A DNA stretch of 10,015 nt from Bacteriovoracaceae bacterium (GTDB lineage Bacteria > Bdellovibrionota > Bacteriovoracia > Bacteriovoracales > Bacteriovoracaceae), in assembly GCA_049599895.1 (NCBI GenBank), contig JBMYPC010000114.1, positions 1 through 10,015 on the forward strand, read 5' to 3'. Numbering within the stretch: position 1 is the stretch's first letter; every line of letters starts with the position of its first letter. The notes under the pieces were generated by a model that worked only from the letters and a program-made list of their open reading frames with translations, was not told the origin of the DNA and ran no database searches. Of this stretch, positions 7,761 through 10,015 are shown in pieces. The translations under genes were made by a program, and so were the position numbers.

Positions 7761-8273
7761 TTATTTATTGATACTTGCTTTAAAGATTGCTCTTAGAGCA
7801 TCAAGATCTTTTTGTCCTAAGACACCAATGTGCTTATAGAGAACCTTGTCATTCTCATCGAGAACAAACAGTGTCGGAGTTGCAATGATGTCGTAAGCTC
7901 TTTTTGCATCTCGATCAGTATCAAGTGCGACCTGAAAATTGATAAGACTTTTATTACTTGTACGGTATCTTCTTAGAGCATTTTCATTTCGATCAATGCC
8001 AACAAGTCTAAAAGTAACATCCTCTCCAAACTCTTTGTTAAGAGAACTAAAAAGTGGTAGGTTTCTTTTACAAGCAGAGCAAAACGCTGAAAAGAACTCA
8101 AGAACTTTAAGCTGCCCTTCTTCATTTGCCTCTCTAATACATTGACTCGTTTCACTTCCATCAGCATTAATATGTTCTAAGACAACACAAGGCGCCGTCT
8201 CACCAACCTCTAGTGCCGATGCTGAAAATGAAAACAAACCTAAAAATAGTAAACTCAAGTATGTCATGTTCAT
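7761..8273 (-). CDS. Exported TlpA/ResA-like thioredoxin (CSAC)
   Basis: Signal peptide ending ASA, then LEVGETAP, VLEFFSAFCSAC, cis-Pro loop ATPTLFVLD and YKHIG. AAGGA precedes ATG 8273/8267, so the track's TTG 8306 is less likely. Extra Cys pair near the N-terminus. Confidence 0.85.
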   Translation of the reverse strand: MNMTYLSLLFLGLFSFSASALEVGETAPCVVLEHINADGSETSQCIREANEEGQLKVLEFFSAFCSACKRNLPLFSSLNKEFGEDVTFRLVGIDRNENALRRYRTSNKSLINFQVALDTDRDAKRAYDIIATPTLFVLDENDKVLYKHIGVLGQKDLDALRAIFKASINK

Positions 8274-8411
8274 AGTTTCCTTCATACTCACATTCTTTTG
8301 CGCCAACGATTTAGCGCCATTAGGTCTTGAATATTGATTGATTTATTACGCTTCGAGGATACTTAGATTCTCCAATCAGGGAGGTAAAGAAAACTGAACA
8401 CAAACTGTTTA

Positions 8412-8457
8412 GCATTATCAGGAATAGACGAAGATAGTCCTAACTGCCTGATATTGC
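8412..8457. repeat. 11-bp inverted repeat (10/11 match) with 24-nt spacer
   Basis: GCATTATCAGG (8412-8422) and CCTGATATTGC (8447-8457). Confidence 0.7.
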
Positions 8458-8501
8458 GGCAAAAAAGGCTCCGTTTTTCTTAAGCTTTCTTAAGGGTAAA
8501 A

Positions 8502-8528
8502 TAAGAATTCATGGCATTTAGCCGATAA
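8502..8528 (+). promoter_or_regulatory. Sigma28 (FliA)-type promoter
   Basis: TAAG (8502-8505), 15 nt, GCCGATAA (8521-8528). The -10 is a perfect match and the spacing equals the consensus TAAA-N15-GCCGATAA. Confidence 0.75.
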
Positions 8529-8535
8529 GAGAGAT

Positions 8536-9879
8536 ATGGCACAGACGCTTTTAATTAATGATAACCAAGACTTTAATGAGCTTTATAGTTTGAATCTTAA
8601 AGCTTATACAGGAACTGATGTTATCGTAAAAAAGACTCTTCAAGAGGCCGTGAAACTCCTTGAAGTTCTCGATTGCATCTCACTTGTCATTACTAAAAAC
8701 TTAAACTTTGAAGCCGTTAAACAACTCACCTGTTATCTCAAAGTGAAGCTCCCCGACATTCCTATTATTACGATTGGCGTAAAAGAAGAAGTTTCATACC
8801 CTACTGTTCATCAAATTGATGATGCTCTTGATATTCAAAAATTAGTTGATTTAAGTTCTGAAATTCTTGGTATTGATGAGGAAACCAGTCAATACCTTAT
8901 CTTTCCAAACTATCTTCCTGTTCCAATTGAATCGTTTCGCTACCTTCAAAGCCCATGCTGTGAGCTCTATCTAAGATTAAAACAAGGTAATCTTAACTTC
9001 AGATACCTCAAAAGAGTTCATAAGGGTGATCTTTTAGATGATGCAGAAATAGAAAAACTTCTTGAAAAAGGTGTAAAAAATGTCTTTATCAAAAAAGAAG
9101 ACAGGCACATCTTTACACAATCTTATACTGCACGCTTTCGATCCCTTCTCACAAACCCTGATTTAAGTCTTAAAGAGGCATTTCAAATCAATAAACAAGC
9201 TTATCAAATGGTTGAGAACCTTCTGGATAATGGAAAATTCTCAAAGGAAGACTTTGAACTTGCAAAACTCTCAATTGATTCAGTAGAGCAAATTGTTTCA
9301 GAAAAAGATCAAACGCTTCACGAACTTTTGGCCCAGTTAAAATCCCCTCCAACCTCACTTCGCTTTCAAAAAGTTATCACCATGAGCTATCTCTTTACAT
9401 GGGCCACTAATAAAGTAGGAATAAAGCTTCTTGATCATTATACACTGACCCTTAATGATCTTATTTTTGCTTCTTATTTTCATGATCTCTATCTTAAGAC
9501 AGACCAAGAAGCACTGATTCGAACCAACGATCAACTTGAAAACCTCGAATTAAAAAAAGAAGACAGAGAAAGAATAAAAAAACATGCTGCCCTCGTCTCA
9601 AATGCACTTGCCAAATCAAAACAACTGACAAACCCTGTAATTGAGTCTCTTTTAAGAACTCAGCATGGTGCGACGACAGGGGTGGGCTACACAGACAACT
9701 TCTCTTCCGTCCTCAATGAAATACAAATGTTCTTTATCTCTTGTGAGGCCTTTTCTCATGCCATTATCACATCAGACCCCCCTGAAGATGGGAAAATTGA
9801 TTATGATAAGATTGCAAAATCTCTTCCGATGAAATTTCGATCTCCAGACTTTTGGAAAATGATCTCTCTGTTAATCTAA
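8536..9879 (+). CDS. Pseudo-receiver + degenerate HD/HD-GYP-like domain protein
   Basis: Receiver-like N-terminus (TLLINDNQDF...LVITK, no phospho-acceptor Asp). The C-terminus has ASYFHD (H316-D317) and QHG...GVGYT where HD-GYP enzymes have HHE..DG.GYP. Confidence 0.65.
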   Translation: MAQTLLINDNQDFNELYSLNLKAYTGTDVIVKKTLQEAVKLLEVLDCISLVITKNLNFEAVKQLTCYLKVKLPDIPIITIGVKEEVSYPTVHQIDDALDIQKLVDLSSEILGIDEETSQYLIFPNYLPVPIESFRYLQSPCCELYLRLKQGNLNFRYLKRVHKGDLLDDAEIEKLLEKGVKNVFIKKEDRHIFTQSYTARFRSLLTNPDLSLKEAFQINKQAYQMVENLLDNGKFSKEDFELAKLSIDSVEQIVSEKDQTLHELLAQLKSPPTSLRFQKVITMSYLFTWATNKVGIKLLDHYTLTLNDLIFASYFHDLYLKTDQEALIRTNDQLENLELKKEDRERIKKHAALVSNALAKSKQLTNPVIESLLRTQHGATTGVGYTDNFSSVLNEIQMFFISCEAFSHAIITSDPPEDGKIDYDKIAKSLPMKFRSPDFWKMISLLI

Positions 9880-9941
9880 AACATGATTCTGCTCATAGAA
9901 AAGGGTCCCCCTAGGCGTTATTCTTAAAGATGGAGACAATG

Positions 9942-10015
9942 ATGAAATATGACATGATTGAAGAATTTAGAGAAGTCGCCAAAAAGGGACCTGAAACACT
10001 CTTTCAATATTTTGA
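9942..10015 (+). CDS. Hypothetical protein, 5' end only (runs off window)
   Basis: GGAG at 9932-9935, in-frame ATGs at 9930/9939/9942, open to the window end: MKYDMIEEFREVAKKGPETLFQYF. Confidence 0.5.
   Translation, partial: MKYDMIEEFREVAKKGPETLFQYF

Noticed and set aside
7211..8167. ORFs 7211-7465, 7939-8145 and 7973-8167
   Set aside because: Shadow frames within the barrel and thioredoxin genes.
8288..8320. TGGCGC motifs on the minus strand as a sigma54 promoter
   Set aside because: Neither copy has the GC at the required GG-N10-GC spacing.
8400..8500. c-di-GMP riboswitch upstream of the HD-GYP-like gene
   Set aside because: GGCAAA is present, but no GNRA tetraloop/receptor stem arrangement is recognisable, and the sigma28 promoter lies downstream of it.
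9880..9930. Intrinsic terminator after the HD-GYP-like gene
   Set aside because: Only short weak dyads and no U-tract.
1..10015. CRISPR array, IS/transposase, integrase, tRNA or rRNA
   Set aside because: Nearly all sequence is accounted for by CDSs, with no regularly spaced repeats or such genes recognised.

Overview
AT-rich, gene-dense bacterial window with three blocks. (1) 1-3884 looks like a glycosyl-glycerate catabolic trio: a 5'-truncated GH63 glucosyl/mannosylglycerate hydrolase, a MOFRL-type glycerate kinase and a sodium:solute symporter. (2) 3881-8273 is a tightly coupled seven-gene minus-strand operon: TlpA-like thioredoxin, small DUF4266-like lipoprotein ending GGCSVCAH, outer-membrane beta-barrel, lipoprotein thioredoxin, TlpA-like thioredoxin, CcdA/DsbD-TM and a LysR regulator. 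It resembles the DUF3570/DUF4266/ApbE extracytoplasmic redox clusters but has no apbE and no flavinylation motif, suggesting a thiol-only variant; this is the most interesting system here. (3) 8536-end holds a degenerate receiver/HD-GYP-like gene behind a close sigma28 (FliA) promoter match, probably leaderless, plus the start of another ORF. The style of the HD-GYP protein suggests Bdellovibrionota (inference only). No RNA genes, CRISPR arrays or mobile elements were seen. All family calls come from motif recognition by eye, not database searches.
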